From: Klebsormidium nitens
Taxonomy: Eukaryota; Plantae; Klebsormidiophyceae
Assembly (NCBI GenBank): GCA_000708835.1
Contig: DF237095.1
Span: forward strand, 62,001 to 126,000
Reading direction: 5' to 3'
DNA: 64,000 nucleotides
Shown: positions 21,501 to 33,332 of the stretch, piece after piece
Position numbering within the stretch: position 1 is the first letter of the stretch
Layout: every line of letters begins with the position of its first letter
Notes under the pieces: generated by a model
What the model was told of the DNA's origin: nothing
Seen by the model: only the letters and a program-made list of their open reading frames with translations
Database searches by the model: none
Made by a program: the position numbers and the translations under genes

Positions 21501-24500
21501 TTCATTGCATCAATCATTTCGAGGCCTTGAGCTTCTTTCGCTTGCAAGTGCAACAATCTTGATGCAGTTTCTGGTGTGCATAGGCTTCAGTGAGACCCTT
21601 TCAGAACCGTTGTGAGAAGAGCTGTCGTCTTCACTTATCTCGGCCGTCGATCGGATGCAGAGAACTTCTGATTACAACAACTTTGAGAGCTTTTCGCAAG
21701 TGGAACACAAGGGTCAACTCCTAAAAACCCCACTTATTGGAACGGTAGTCTTTCCTCTCACATGCGTCTTTGCATCTTCTAACCAAGGGTGTCGATAAAA
21801 TAATTCTTGCCGCGCTATTTCTAGTTCCACCGCGATCTGCATCAGTCATCACAATTGCCGCTTCAACTTTTGACCTGCCCCTGAACACTTGAATTCACCT
21901 AACAGGAAGTCAAACCGAGATGCTTATCACAAGATCGACAAGCCTGTTGCACAGCGCAAAGAATCGTCCCATTGCCGCAATTCTCACCGTCCCCCTTTCC
22001 CACCCCACAGGGAGTCCCGCGCTTTGGGACCATTGTCGCGGTCTTCGCCGAAGTCGATCTCCCCAGCTTCCCTCCGCCCAACATCGACGGATTTCCGTTC
22101 GGCTTCGACGGAATCGCCATCACCAGCTACAGCGACTCCTTCATCAACACCCTCCCGGGCGGCCCCGGGTTCCTCACTTTCACAGCCAGGAGCGCGACAG
22201 ACGACCCGAGCAACATCTTCGTGACGATCACTTGTGGGCCTCCGCAAGCGCCCGGGACAACGCCCCCGGCGACTCCCCCGGTTACGACTCCCCCGGTTAC
22301 CACTCCTCCGGTTACGACTCCCCCGGTGACAAGTACCCCGGTGACCACTCGCCCGGTCACTACTCCCCCGGTCACTACTCCCCCGGTCACTACTCCCCCG
22401 GTCACGACCCCGCCCGCGACAACTCCCCCTGCCGCCCCGTTCCCCAGCGTAACGGCGGTGGTCTATCTTGAAAACAACTGCGCCTCTCCAATCATCGTCT
22501 CCTTTGCGAGCAATCAAAGCAATGAAAAATTTTGGCGCCTTTTGGGCGAATCTCTGGAGCCGGCGCCCTGGCAGCTCGACCTAGCGCCCGGGGGGACCCA
22601 GAATAACTTGCTCCTGGTCAACACCTCCCCGAACCCGACTGTGAGGGTTCCCGTTATTTGCATTGAAGTTGGCACCGGTTTTTGGATCTCCTAAGGCTGG
22701 TAAACAATTTTAGACCGTTGTGATCTTCCTGAGTGTGTCATCATACGGCCCCTAATGCTCAGGAACCGGTAATGTTTTCTCAGAAGCTCGGATGCCAGGT
22801 CCGAAACAAAGAGCTGTCGTTCTCCCAGTCTGCACCTGCTCGATTTTTGTGTCTCAGAATCAGACATGCTGTGCTTTGAAGCCAAACCGTTCTACCCCTC
22901 CTTCGAAATCACCAAGGAATTGGTCTCCTTTGGAAGCTTAAGTTCATCGCATCATTCATTTCGAGCCTTTTAGCTTCTTCACTGCAAATGTATACTTTTT
23001 CAGTGTCTTTTCCTGGTGCGTGGGCTTCAGAATGACTTTTCAGAGCCGTTTGTGAGAGGAGCTGTCGTCATCACACATTTCGGGCCGTTGATCGGATGCA
23101 GAGTACTTCAGATCACAAAGCCTTCAAGACCTTGGTTTTGCGACTGGAACACAAGGTTCCATCACTAGAACCTCCTTTCTTGTGAACGGTAGTCCTGTCT
23201 CTCAGGTCATCTTTGTCTGATCAAGGGTGTCGATGAAACCTCTTCTGTGCAAGCTTTCTATTTCCTTTTCGATCTGCATCTAGGTTGAAAATGGCCGATT
23301 CACCCCTTGACCAACGGCGGAAAGTCTGTACTCCCTCGACAGGAAGTCAAACCGAGATGCTTATCACAAGATCGACAAGCCTGTTGCACAGCGCAAAGAA
23401 TCGTCCCATTGCCGCAATTCTCACCGTCCCCCTTTCCCACCCCACAGGGAGTCCCGCGCTTTGGGACCATTGTCGCGGTCTTCGCCGAGGTCGATCTGCC
23501 CAGCTTACCTCCGCCCAACATCGACGGATTTCCGTTCGGCTTCGACGGAATCGCCATCAGCAGCCACAGCGACTCCTTCATCAACACCCTTCCGGGCGGC
23601 CCCGGGTTCCTCACCTTTACAGCCAGCAGCGCGTCAGACGACGCGAGCTACCTTGTGGTCACGATCACTTGTGGCCCTCCCCAAGCGCCCGGGACAACGG
23701 CCCCGGCCACGACGCCCCCGGTTACAACTCCCCCGGTTACGACTCCCCCGGTCACGACTCCCCCGGCCACCACTGCCCCGGCCAAGACTCCCCCCCCTCC
23801 CACTCCCGCGCCGACACCGAAGCGTAAGGTTCTCCCAGCCCTGCGTTTCCGTTTCCTTGCGGTGATGCCACTTGACGCGTAAAATGCAATAGCTGCCGAC
23901 CATTTGCTGTTGCAATGAATATAGTTTCGAAGCTTCCACGCTTCTAGCCGTGGCGGTTCTTCGTTATCGAGCACGACTTGATCAAACAGTTCCTCAGAAG
24001 TTCCCGGACGCTTCTCTTTATTGTTTTCCTTCGTCTTGGCGCTTTGCCGAGCTCGCACTGTGTTGGCCCGCACACTAGTTCGAAAAACGCTGTCACTACT
24101 AGTTGCCTTTCTGACATATAAACGGATACACACCACAATTTGGACCGTCCAAGTTCGTGTGTTGCTTGGTCACTTTGGAACCATCCCGTGCTCAAATGTC
24201 TCAAGGTCTTTCAGAAGCAATTGTCGCCGCTTTCGGAGTATTTGGGTAGCAAGACTAGAATCCGAACCCAATGATCGCGGGCCGCTCTGTTTTGCAAGCC
24301 GCGACGTTCCGAAGCGCCCATGTAACGCTGCGGTTCTCTCTCTCGATATTGCCGCCGATCCATTTTGGGAAAGCCGTCACCGTTTGGCTCTCGTCCGGAC
24401 TGGTCTAACAAAACTTCACACCGAAATGTGTGAAACATTTGTCAAGCAAGCTCTGTGAACGTCATTCACCTTGCAGGGTTTTCTGCAAACGCGTGCACTA

Positions 24501-24844
24501 ACCCGCATGCCATGCCCAACCTTGCAGGATCCCCACTAACCGCCTGCGTCAACCTGGGTTACGGAACCAACCGTGAGTGCGCCAATATCAGCACCCCCTT
24601 CGGCCCCGGCTCCTCTGCTTGCGCCTGCGGCAGCTACGTCGGAGGCGCAATCAGCAGCCCCACCGTTTGCCAGGCGCACGGGTGCGGTCAGTGCAGGACC
24701 GGCTGTAACAGCGACGCTAACTGCCCGGTTAACTATAACTGCGCCCCGAGCTGTGGCGGGTCCTCGGCGTTTGCGCCCCGCGGTTTCCGAGGTGTGTGCA
24801 TTCCTAACTGCGGCATGGCCCAGCCGACCAACGGTGGGTGCTAG
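18504..24844 (+). CDS. Secreted modular protein, gene 4: signal peptide, pro-region (RELL), three AB domains separated by VTTPP linkers, C-terminal 15-Cys domain; one +1 frameshift at ~20772
   Basis: Exons 18504-18684, 19603-19820, 20582-21242 (661 nt, one extra A relative to the sister exon), 22011-22640, 23448-23823 and 24477-24844. Splice phases are otherwise consistent (1,0,0,0,1). Confidence 0.75.
19821..23823 (+). repeat. ~1.43 kb intron+exon module in three tandem copies within gene 4
   Basis: Acceptors at 20581, 22010 and 23447 (spacing 1429 and 1437). The introns as well as the exons are homologous. Confidence 0.88.
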
Positions 24845-24947
24845 AGCGCATACGGAGTAACTGCGTACAGGGACGGTTTGCTGCTAACTTAAGTTGGTTA
24901 GGGCGAGACGAGATCGATCCCAGGGGACTCAACGGAAGACAAACCAG

Positions 24948-25245
24948 AAATGCTTAGAGTTTTTGTCTGTGACTTGAAAACGCCGTATAGAGCGCTAATA
25001 CATCGATAATAAGGCCGGCCCATCTGATCGCGTGATGACACCCGTTTCCATTTACTAGTGAGTATGGTATTTTGCGAAGACCTGATCTGATGAGATAAAT
25101 GCTTAGAATTTTTGTCTAACTGTGACTTGGAAACGCCGTATAGAGCGCTAATACATCGACATCAAGGGCGGCCCATCTGATCGGGTGATGACCACCCGTT
25201 TCCACTTACTAGTGAGTATTTTGCGAAGACCTGATCTGATGAGAT
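24948..25245. repeat. 149 bp tandem duplication x2 downstream of gene 4
   Basis: aaatgcttag...gacctgatctgatgagat at 24948-25096 and 25097-25245. Confidence 0.9.
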
Positions 25246-26139
25246 TCCTCTTGTTCGAGGAGTGTGAATAGGCTTCTAAAGAAACAACGGCACCTCCTAG
25301 TACCCGCCTTCTGTAAGTGGTTTATCCTCAAACGCGTGGCAATCATGCATAGCAGCTCCGAAATAAACCACCCTCGCAAGCACACCAAGAGAAGGATCAT
25401 GGGATGTGATCGGTACTATCTCGTTAAAAAGTTCTCATGCAAGACATGCACGTACGTAGTAGTCGACAGGTCACAAAGATGAATCCACGAGATGAATCCA
25501 TCAGATCCCTCCGCGAAAATCAATTCCATTAAATAGCGTGAGAGCAGTCGGAATTCGGGAAAATCAATCGCTTATACTTCGGAAACAAGAGCCAACGGAG
25601 ATACTATTTGAGCGGGCCCGTACGCCCCGCATCTTCATGTGCGCTTCTTTGAAACAGTCTTCTCAGGCTCATAGCTGCTTACGTGGGGACGTATCTGATC
25701 AATACTCTCGCCTGGCGGCTTATGTGCCCATAGAATCTGCAGCCTGACTGCCAAGCCATTTGCAACAGATCACAACCACTCAAAAATGGTGAGGTGCATG
25801 GCATGCAAGTAAAGGGTAGTCGCTAGTCGAGATGCAACTATACTAGTCCAGTCAGCAAAGACGACAATGAGTGGGGCCGGGTTTACCAGCAACATCACAG
25901 GCATCCGCATTTCACTACTGCAACCAGCGTTGCACATGTGCTTCGAAGATCAATACATAGGATTATTTGCGCTGCACATCTGCCGGAGGATTGTTCCAGC
26001 TTCTTCCCCATCGCTTTGTTCTACTAATGAGGAGAGCCACGTGCTTGTAAGGCTTAATCTTCCTTGGACCCCTTCTGCTTCAGAGTTTATGGTACACTGG
26101 TACTGATATTACGCGCTCCCTACGGGTCCGTTGATCCCA

Positions 26140-29100
26140 TCACATCTCCTCCACGCTCAGGACGAATCCGCACGGACACCGCTTCTTCCGGACCCCCGTG
26201 TCCGGATCGTAGCTTTGGTCTCCCTCGGGGAACGAATGTTCGTGCTGCTCATCAACCTCGGCCCGACTTTTCGGACCCCGCTTCGGACGCTCCTCCGCAA
26301 CCGCCGTATCCGGACGGTCCGCAGGCTTGCCACTGGTACTCGGGGGTGCGGGGGTGTTCTCGCTGAGGGGGGGTGGATTCGCGGGCGGCGCAGGGGAGGG
26401 GTTGTGCTCGTAGGTGGTGCGCAGCCGCTGCCGCAGGGCCACCGCCTTGAGGAGCTGCAGTGCACGGGGGATGACGTCATCAAGAGGGTTCCAAAACTTT
26501 TGTTCTGGGAGTTCAGCAGCGGTTGGGAGTACCCGTCTCCACGTCCCCGTTCAGCGCCTTTTGACAGTGCGGATACCTCGAGCGAAAAGTGAAGCGGTAA
26601 ATGCTGCCAGGGCGTTCCACGGTTGTCTTTGCGCGAGAACAGAAAAGCGGGTACGAGTCATCTCGGGGCTGCGCAGCAGTGCGAATCCATCTTCTCCTTT
26701 GACGTCCTCACTGACCATGAAACTCTGAAGCTTTAATTGTGAGAGAATTATCGGTGATTTCTGAACGGCCTGTGCGGTATTGCTACTGGCCATCTTGTCA
26801 AGTGAAGGTTGGCGCCACCGCAACGTGACAGGATCAGACCAGATATTTCAACACTGCGGCAAACGGAGTACCAACGAGGCGTTGCCACAGCCAAAGCTTA
26901 GACCATGATCCGCGCCCTACACCTCCAGACTACGGATTCCAGAGTTCCAATCACAGCACATAACGCCCAGTCAAGCTGACAAGGCGTTGGGGTCAAGACA
27001 GACTTTCGCCGGCGCCACTCGTCCGTACCTGTCGCCAGCGCTGCGCCGCTTCCTGCTCGCGCTTCCGCAGCTCGCGCGCGTGCAGCCGCTGTTCTTCCTC
27101 CAAGTATACGTCCAACACCTGGCTCTCGTATTCCTGCACGCGGGTCGAAGACGTAGCGCTCCGTGGTCTCGATTTCGGATCCACTCAATTTAGTGAACGA
27201 TAAGCCGAAGCGCGGTCTTCATTTTGGATCCACTCAATCTAGCGACCAACAAGCTGAAGCGCGGAGATTCTCGACTGGAAGGTTTAAATAAGCCCAAAAG
27301 CTTACATTTGCTGCGCTTAGTGTTCCTACATTTGAGATGTAGTTGATCTCGTGAAGTCGATATCCCGACTTCTGAGCTCTCAGGTCTCTTCTGAAGAGCC
27401 TTTCGAACTTTGGCTCAAGCAGAAGAGCGACCTCGGTTTCAGAACCTAGAAACGTCCATAGAAACATTGCCCCTGCTCCTTACCTTGCGGATGACTAATC
27501 CATTGTGTCCCAATACCTACACGGCACCTCAAATCCGGAATGAAGGGCTGTTAAACTCACACAGCCTCTGCGCAAAACTGAAAACCGATACGAATACAAG
27601 CAGGGTTTCCCTCTCCTCACCTTACAATGACGATACCGTCGAAGTTCGCTACGGACCCCTTCCGTCATCATCCAATTTCGACCAAGGCCGGCGCATAACT
27701 CACTCCAGCGTTTGCGCAAGAAGTCAAAGCCAACAAGGAGTCGCTGCTAAAGCTCACCTTAAAAATGACACTGCCATCGACTCTTCGCTACGGAACGCCT
27801 CCCCGCATATTCTACCGGACCATGGCGGGCGCATAACTCACTCCAGCCTCTGCGCAAAACTCGAATAACTAAGATTACTACAAACTGAAATGACAAGAGA
27901 GACAAGTCGTTCCCACCCCTCACCTTGCAAATGACGATGCCATCGAACTTCGGTACGGACCGCCCTCCCCGCACCTCGAACCCGACCATTGCGGGCGCGT
28001 AATCGACCTTGAGCATGCGGGCGACTTGTAGGATGCGCGGGTAACGCAGGTGCACCGTTCCTTTCGGAAGGAAGCTCTCATCCCAAACGTCCACCTGGCC
28101 GCGCTCGTTCTGCAACCAATCGGAGGCTGCCACGTGTTAACAGGACGGAATGCAAGACAGCCGGAGGTTAAGAAGAGATGGTTGTGGAAAAGGTGGTTGA
28201 GAAAGGGGGCTTCAGGGAGGAGCATTGGAGCGAGCAAGCAGGGATCTTTTCGGTGACGGCAGGTGAGCGAACGAATGGTATAATAGAGGCTTTAGAATCA
28301 ATGTGAGAACACTGATATGAGGAAGTCAGCATGAAGACAAGGACGTCTTCTTTCCAAGACGCATGACAGCCGTTTCCCACGTCCGGATATCAACCTTCTC
28401 TGATCGAAAATGGTGAACGCCTTGATCCATGTCGAATGCAATTTCAGACCGTTCGGCGCCGATTGCTAGCAACCGACAAGAGCACAGGAGATTTCAAGCG
28501 TACAGAAGAGTCAAACTCTGCTCACACGTGGCACTCTTCCGTTTCTCGCGGGTGGCGGCCTCCACGCGTCCGTCTGCCAGCGTCCGAAGAGTGCTGACGT
28601 GGCGCCCTCCTCCTCGCCTTCCTCCCCCAGCGCCGCCTGCTCCGCGGCCTCGGACGCTGACGCCAGCTTGGACGTCCGAAGGACTTTGACGGGCAACGAG
28701 CCGCGCTGAACCTTGCGGCCTTCCCGAAGCCAGCGGTCAGCGGTGTGAAGGACCTGAAAGTATTTTAGGAATTTGAGATTTTAGGGTTTGTGGAATTCTT
28801 TGCATTTCAAGCCTTTCATGCTTGAAGGAGTTTCTCAAGAGCGCTTTGCTCTAAGAGGTAGAGAAAATGGTCGAGGTAGATGGCGCGGAATTGCAGTCCG
28901 AAGAACTTTGACGGGCACCAGATCGCGCTGGACTCTGCGGCGTTCCCGAAGCCACCGGTCGACGGTGTGAAGAACCTGGTAGATTTACAAGAGCTTTTCA
29001 GAGCGGGTTTGCGCATAAAGGTTTTCGTCTGCTTGCCTTGGCAGGTAGGTACTGTACCGCAAAGTGCTCGAGGCGCTTGTCGTGGAATTGGACGTCCGGA

Positions 29101-32100
29101 TGACTGTAACATAAAATCAGCCGCGCTGGACCTTGCATCCCTCGCGGAGGCACCGGTTTTTACCGGTTGACCGTGTGCAGCGCCCAGACAGAACTTCGAC
29201 TAGGTTAAGGAGACTTACCTTAGTAATACAACTTATAACCACAGAATTATCTTTCGAGTGTCTGAGACTTACGCCGAACAAGGCATATCAACCATCTCCA
29301 CACGTAAATGGAGAGCGGTTGATGCTCAGCGGCAACCGATTGGCCGTGTAGAAATCTGGAAGAAAGCACAAGTCAAAAGATTTGACAAGAATTCTCTGGA
29401 TTTCGTGACAAAGTTCGCACCTGTACGCTCGTTCTCGGATACACTGGCTGTCCCGCGCAATACCCCAGAACCGGCCCCTTGGGATGCAACACCTGATACT
29501 TAGTAAGCCACCGCTCAAGCGCGTACAAGTGATGGCTCTTATACGCCTGTTGATTCGTCGGGAGCGGCTCCGTCAGAGTGCGCGTTTCCATCTCCACGTC
29601 TTCCCTGGCGGCCCTGTCGTCGTCCACCGATGTGAATACCCCGTTCAGCCTCTCGTCGTGCACCGCTATCTTCGCACTCTGATTCTTCGACGAAGCGCCG
29701 GCTTTGACACCGTCCGGGCTGCGCAGCCCCGCGGCGGGGCTCCCTGCGGCTGCAGTGTCAAGTGTCGTCACCCCAGACTCGAGCGTTTTTACACTGGGGG
29801 ACGCGTTTGAAGTGGACGGCGACTCGGAAGAAGTGCGTAGACCCTCCTTAAACCCTGGGGAAGAGGCGGGGAGCTGCGCTAAGGGGCGCCCGGAGGTGGC
29901 CGCGGCTTCTAGGCGGCGCAAGGGCTGCAGAGTTTCTTCCCACCAGTCGGGATCGACTCGCAGGGGCATGACGGTGGACCAACGGGAGACGTACCTGTAG
30001 TGGACAGTGGGACACGTGTCAAAAGCTGATTATGTGGGAGTAAGATAGACGTTGCCGATCTGCTCGGCACATAACCGCGCCGGCTGCTATTTACTCGTCA
30101 GAGTGTAAGATCAGAGTCAGCTATATACACTACATTAGCGGATATATCTATTGGTCGCATACTGTCCTACACTGTTCGCAGATTGCTCCATACGGCAAAA
30201 GAAAGAACCAGCGTGCGTGATGCAAGAGAATTCTGTCACCCTCTCCTCTTTCAAAGACAAGGCAACGAGGGGACCAATCTCTGGCCTGTTGAACAGCAGC
30301 CTTTACTTTCGTTTCACTGGCCTCACCTTCTCGTGATATCCTTCGCTCCCCCTCCCGCAAACGCCAGCACGTATCTCAGCGGCTGTTTCCCCCCCCCCGC
30401 TGCGCTCTCCACCCCCCCCGGCGCGTCCATCACCCCCCTAACCGGATCCACGTGGACCCATCGCCCCCCTTCTTTTCCGCCCCCGCAGTATACCTCAGCC
30501 CAGTGCAAAGTCGGCCCTCTTCTGCGAGACCAAACCGCGCCAGCATCCGAACCGAACCCCTTACCGTTTGACAAACTCTTCGCGCCTTTCAAAGGCGCCT
30601 CTCCTTTCGCGAGCCGCGATAAAGCTGACGGGGTTTCGGGCGTGCTCGGCAACTTCATAGCGGCCTCGATCGCGGTAGCGGCCATTGCGACTTGGAGTTG
30701 CATCTCTAGTTCCGCGTCGCCTTTTCTCCGCCGCTCGGCCGCGGACTCTTCTTTCACCGATCCCACTTCTTCCTTCACACCCTTCTTTCGCCTCTTCCCG
30801 TTCGAACTGCCTTTAGGCGATGCAATCTCCTCCGCTAAGCTCGCGGCTATCGCCTGCGCCATCTGTTCTTCCTCCGTTAAATCCTCGATCTTCACTATCC
30901 CCCCGTGCCCACCAATTTCTTCTTCTTCTTCCTTTACCCGCTTCTTGCCCCTCCCCCCCTTCTTAGAATCTCCTTTCGCCACCCCCCCGGCAGTAGAGCC
31001 CTTTGCTTTCGAAGCCCCAGCATCGACTACTTTCGCGGACCCATTCCAACCCGTACTTTTCTTCCCCTTTCCCCCACCGTTCATCAATTTTCCCCCCTTC
31101 CCTTCCAACCCATTCAAATGCCCCGTCGCGCCTGGTTTGAATACATTCTGCACGGGGGCTTTGAAATTTTGCAACCCGGTCGTAATGATCGTCTTTTCGG
31201 GGGGGGCAAGCTGCCTCAGCATCTGGGCCAGCGCGGGCCCCCCCCGAGCGTACGGAATTGACGACCCCTCCTCTTCGACGTCCGGATCCCAATCGAGAGA
31301 GGCGTCTAGGGAGGCGGCGTCAGGTTTCAGGGGGGTGACGTCCAAAACGGACACGTACCTGGTTAGGAGTGAACGAAAGCGGTTACTCGCTGCTCAATGG
31401 GTTAAGAAACCCTGAGTATGCGTGGGTATGGCCGTCAAATAGAACTCTAGAGTGAGGCAAAACGTGGTCCCCGTGAGCTTGTTTGCATTTCGATAGGAGC
31501 AACACTACGGAGTAGACTGAATGTCGACAGAACCAAACCCCCTGCCAACCTGTTCTTTTTTGAGCGTCGAACCCCGCTGAATTACGATTGACTAGAAGCC
31601 AAGGAATGACGAGACTTTGCGCAGCACTGGAGCAGTTTTAATGTCTATAAGAGCAGGAAAAGGGATGTAAATGAACGTTTTCTTCAACAGGTCGAGTTGC
31701 CCAGCCAATATCAATGGGCCAGATGAACAACATGTTTCGAGATAAGAGGCAACAGATGGCGGATAGATCCGTAGAACGAGGAAGAATGGACTCCCGAACA
31801 CTGAACCTCTGGTTTAAGCACCACTGTGCAACATGTAGCTGAAGAAGCCCGTACCTCGTTGTCAGCCCTAGCGATCTGCATAGTGCCACAAACAGCGCCG
31901 TCAGCTCCTCCGTCGTCCCTACTTTCAACTCCAGTACTCGCTGCAACCGCTCTGCGTCCGACTCCCACCCACTCAACTCCACCCCCTCGTTCCCATTCTT
32001 TCTTTCGGCCCCCTCCGAGATCCGAAACCGCTCCTGAAACCATTCGACCAGGGGAGCCAACTCCGGGCCCTTGATGACATCACCCTTCTGAGACAGGTTC

Positions 32101-33332
32101 CCGAGGGCTTCCGGAGCGCAAGACAGCAGCGAGGCTTGCAGAAGGGGGTCGTCGCTCGCCCCGTCGAACCTCGTTCCCCGGGCGAGGAGGCACAGGAGAT
32201 GCGCTTTGTGGACTAGAGCGGCAAACTCTTTGTCACGGGCGGTGGCTCGTCGCAGGGCGGGTTTCGCGCGCGGTTTGCCTAACCCCTCTTCTTCGTCCCC
32301 GGTGTCGATCGCTACCTGCCCCGACCAACTCGCAAAGGTTAATCCGGAAGGCCCTGTTGTGGAGGGCGCCCCATGCCCAAAGCCCTCTTCCCAGTGCTCC
32401 TCTTCCGTTTCCAGGGCCCCGCTCTTAAATGATACTCTCTCCTCCAGAAGCAAGGTTTGCTCAACCGAAGATTTGCCACCCCCCGTCTCCTCTGTTGCGT
32501 CTCCCAATAACCTGTTCCGTAACCCACTTGCTCCCCGTAACCCGGCTCCTAACTCGTCCTCTAACCCTTCCTGAAAACTCCCCTCAGGCCATCCTTCAAT
32601 CGCAGGCTCTCCTGCAAGATGTCCCAACCCATTTCCGTTCCCGGACTTTAATCCGTCTACAAACCCGGTGCCTGTCTCCAACCTTCCCTCCGACTCTAAA
32701 CCGTCTGCCAAATCACCAACCCTCTCCTTTACTCCGTGTTCAAGGTTATGTGCAGTCTGAGCAGGGGCGCCACAGGCGGGATCGTTGGAAGCGGCCGTCC
32801 GGCGCTTAAGTGCCCTCCCTGAGCCATTCTGCAAGAAGAGCGGGTGGTCGTCTCCCGCCTGCTTCCGCTTACGCCCCCCCTGTTAGGAAAAAGCTAGATA
32901 GTCAAGACCGAATCACATTCGAGGGGGAGAGCTTATCCATTGCCATTGATATCTCCGTAGCTCTATGATGTTGGTTAGGTATGTGATAAATGTCAACTCT
33001 CCTTCTGCTTCATCCGTCCGTCAGCACTGCCAGGCTGACGGCTTTCTCAACCCAGGGAGATTTAATGGTTCCTTTAAAAAAGGTTCTTTCAGACTCCAGC
33101 TGTGAAGCGTCCTGCCAGTTGTCATGCGAAACGACTGCCAACAAAACCGCTTGTTCAAGTTGACAACTTTCTGCAATTGTCAACGCAATCACGATGCTTT
33201 TGACGTTTGCAGCTCAGACTCTGACCTGAGCCAACTCTGCTGCTGCCCTCCTCTCCTCGGCCGCTTTGCGCCTTGTCCCGACACGATCGAGCAGGCGGTC
33301 GACGTTTGTGAGAGAGGCGTCCGCCAAGGTGC
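26140..33332 (-). CDS. XPC: DNA damage recognition protein RAD4/XPC (start-codon exon not resolved)
   Basis: Exons 33332-33226, 32879-31855, 31358-30327, 29994-29421, 28753-28526, 28109-27924, 27133-27029 and 26454-26140. Motifs: HKAHLLCLLARG, WAEVYC...RWVHVDP (TGD), LPTNQQAYKSHHLYALERWL (BHD1), NERGQVDVW...APAMVGFE...DGIVIC (BHD3), and the plant-type C-terminus HEHSF...KRCPCGFVLSVEEM*. Confidence 0.93.
27480..27870 (-). repeat. Three decayed copies of the 3' half and donor site of XPC exon 28109-27924
   Basis: Donor-like GT at 27757, 27620 and 27483, each preceded by a degraded APAMVGFEVRGGRSVPKFDGIVICK-coding sequence with stops or indels. Confidence 0.8.
28880..29230 (-). repeat. Two decayed copies of the acceptor and 5' part of XPC exon 28753-28526
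   Basis: An AG at 28976 is followed by VLHTVDRWLRERRRVQRDLVPVKVLRT (live exon: VLHTADRWLREGRKVQRGSLPVKVLRT). A more degraded copy lies at ~29130-29225. Confidence 0.8.

Noticed and set aside
1541-23939. Long antisense and alternative-frame ORFs over the Pro/Thr repeats (e.g. 1541-1984 -, 7007-7846 -, 9140-9760 -, 14826-15407 +, 14901-15425 -, 20576-21022 -, 21920-22471 +)
   Set aside because: They are by-products of stop-free GC-rich 15/21/30 bp coding repeats. Only one frame has a signal peptide and phase-consistent splice sites.
30600-31250. Long Gly/Lys/Glu low-complexity stretch in XPC and the 410 aa opposite-strand ORF 30183-31415
   Set aside because: A disordered insertion splitting the transglutaminase-like domain is a known XPC feature. 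The antisense ORF is a shadow of GC-rich coding DNA.
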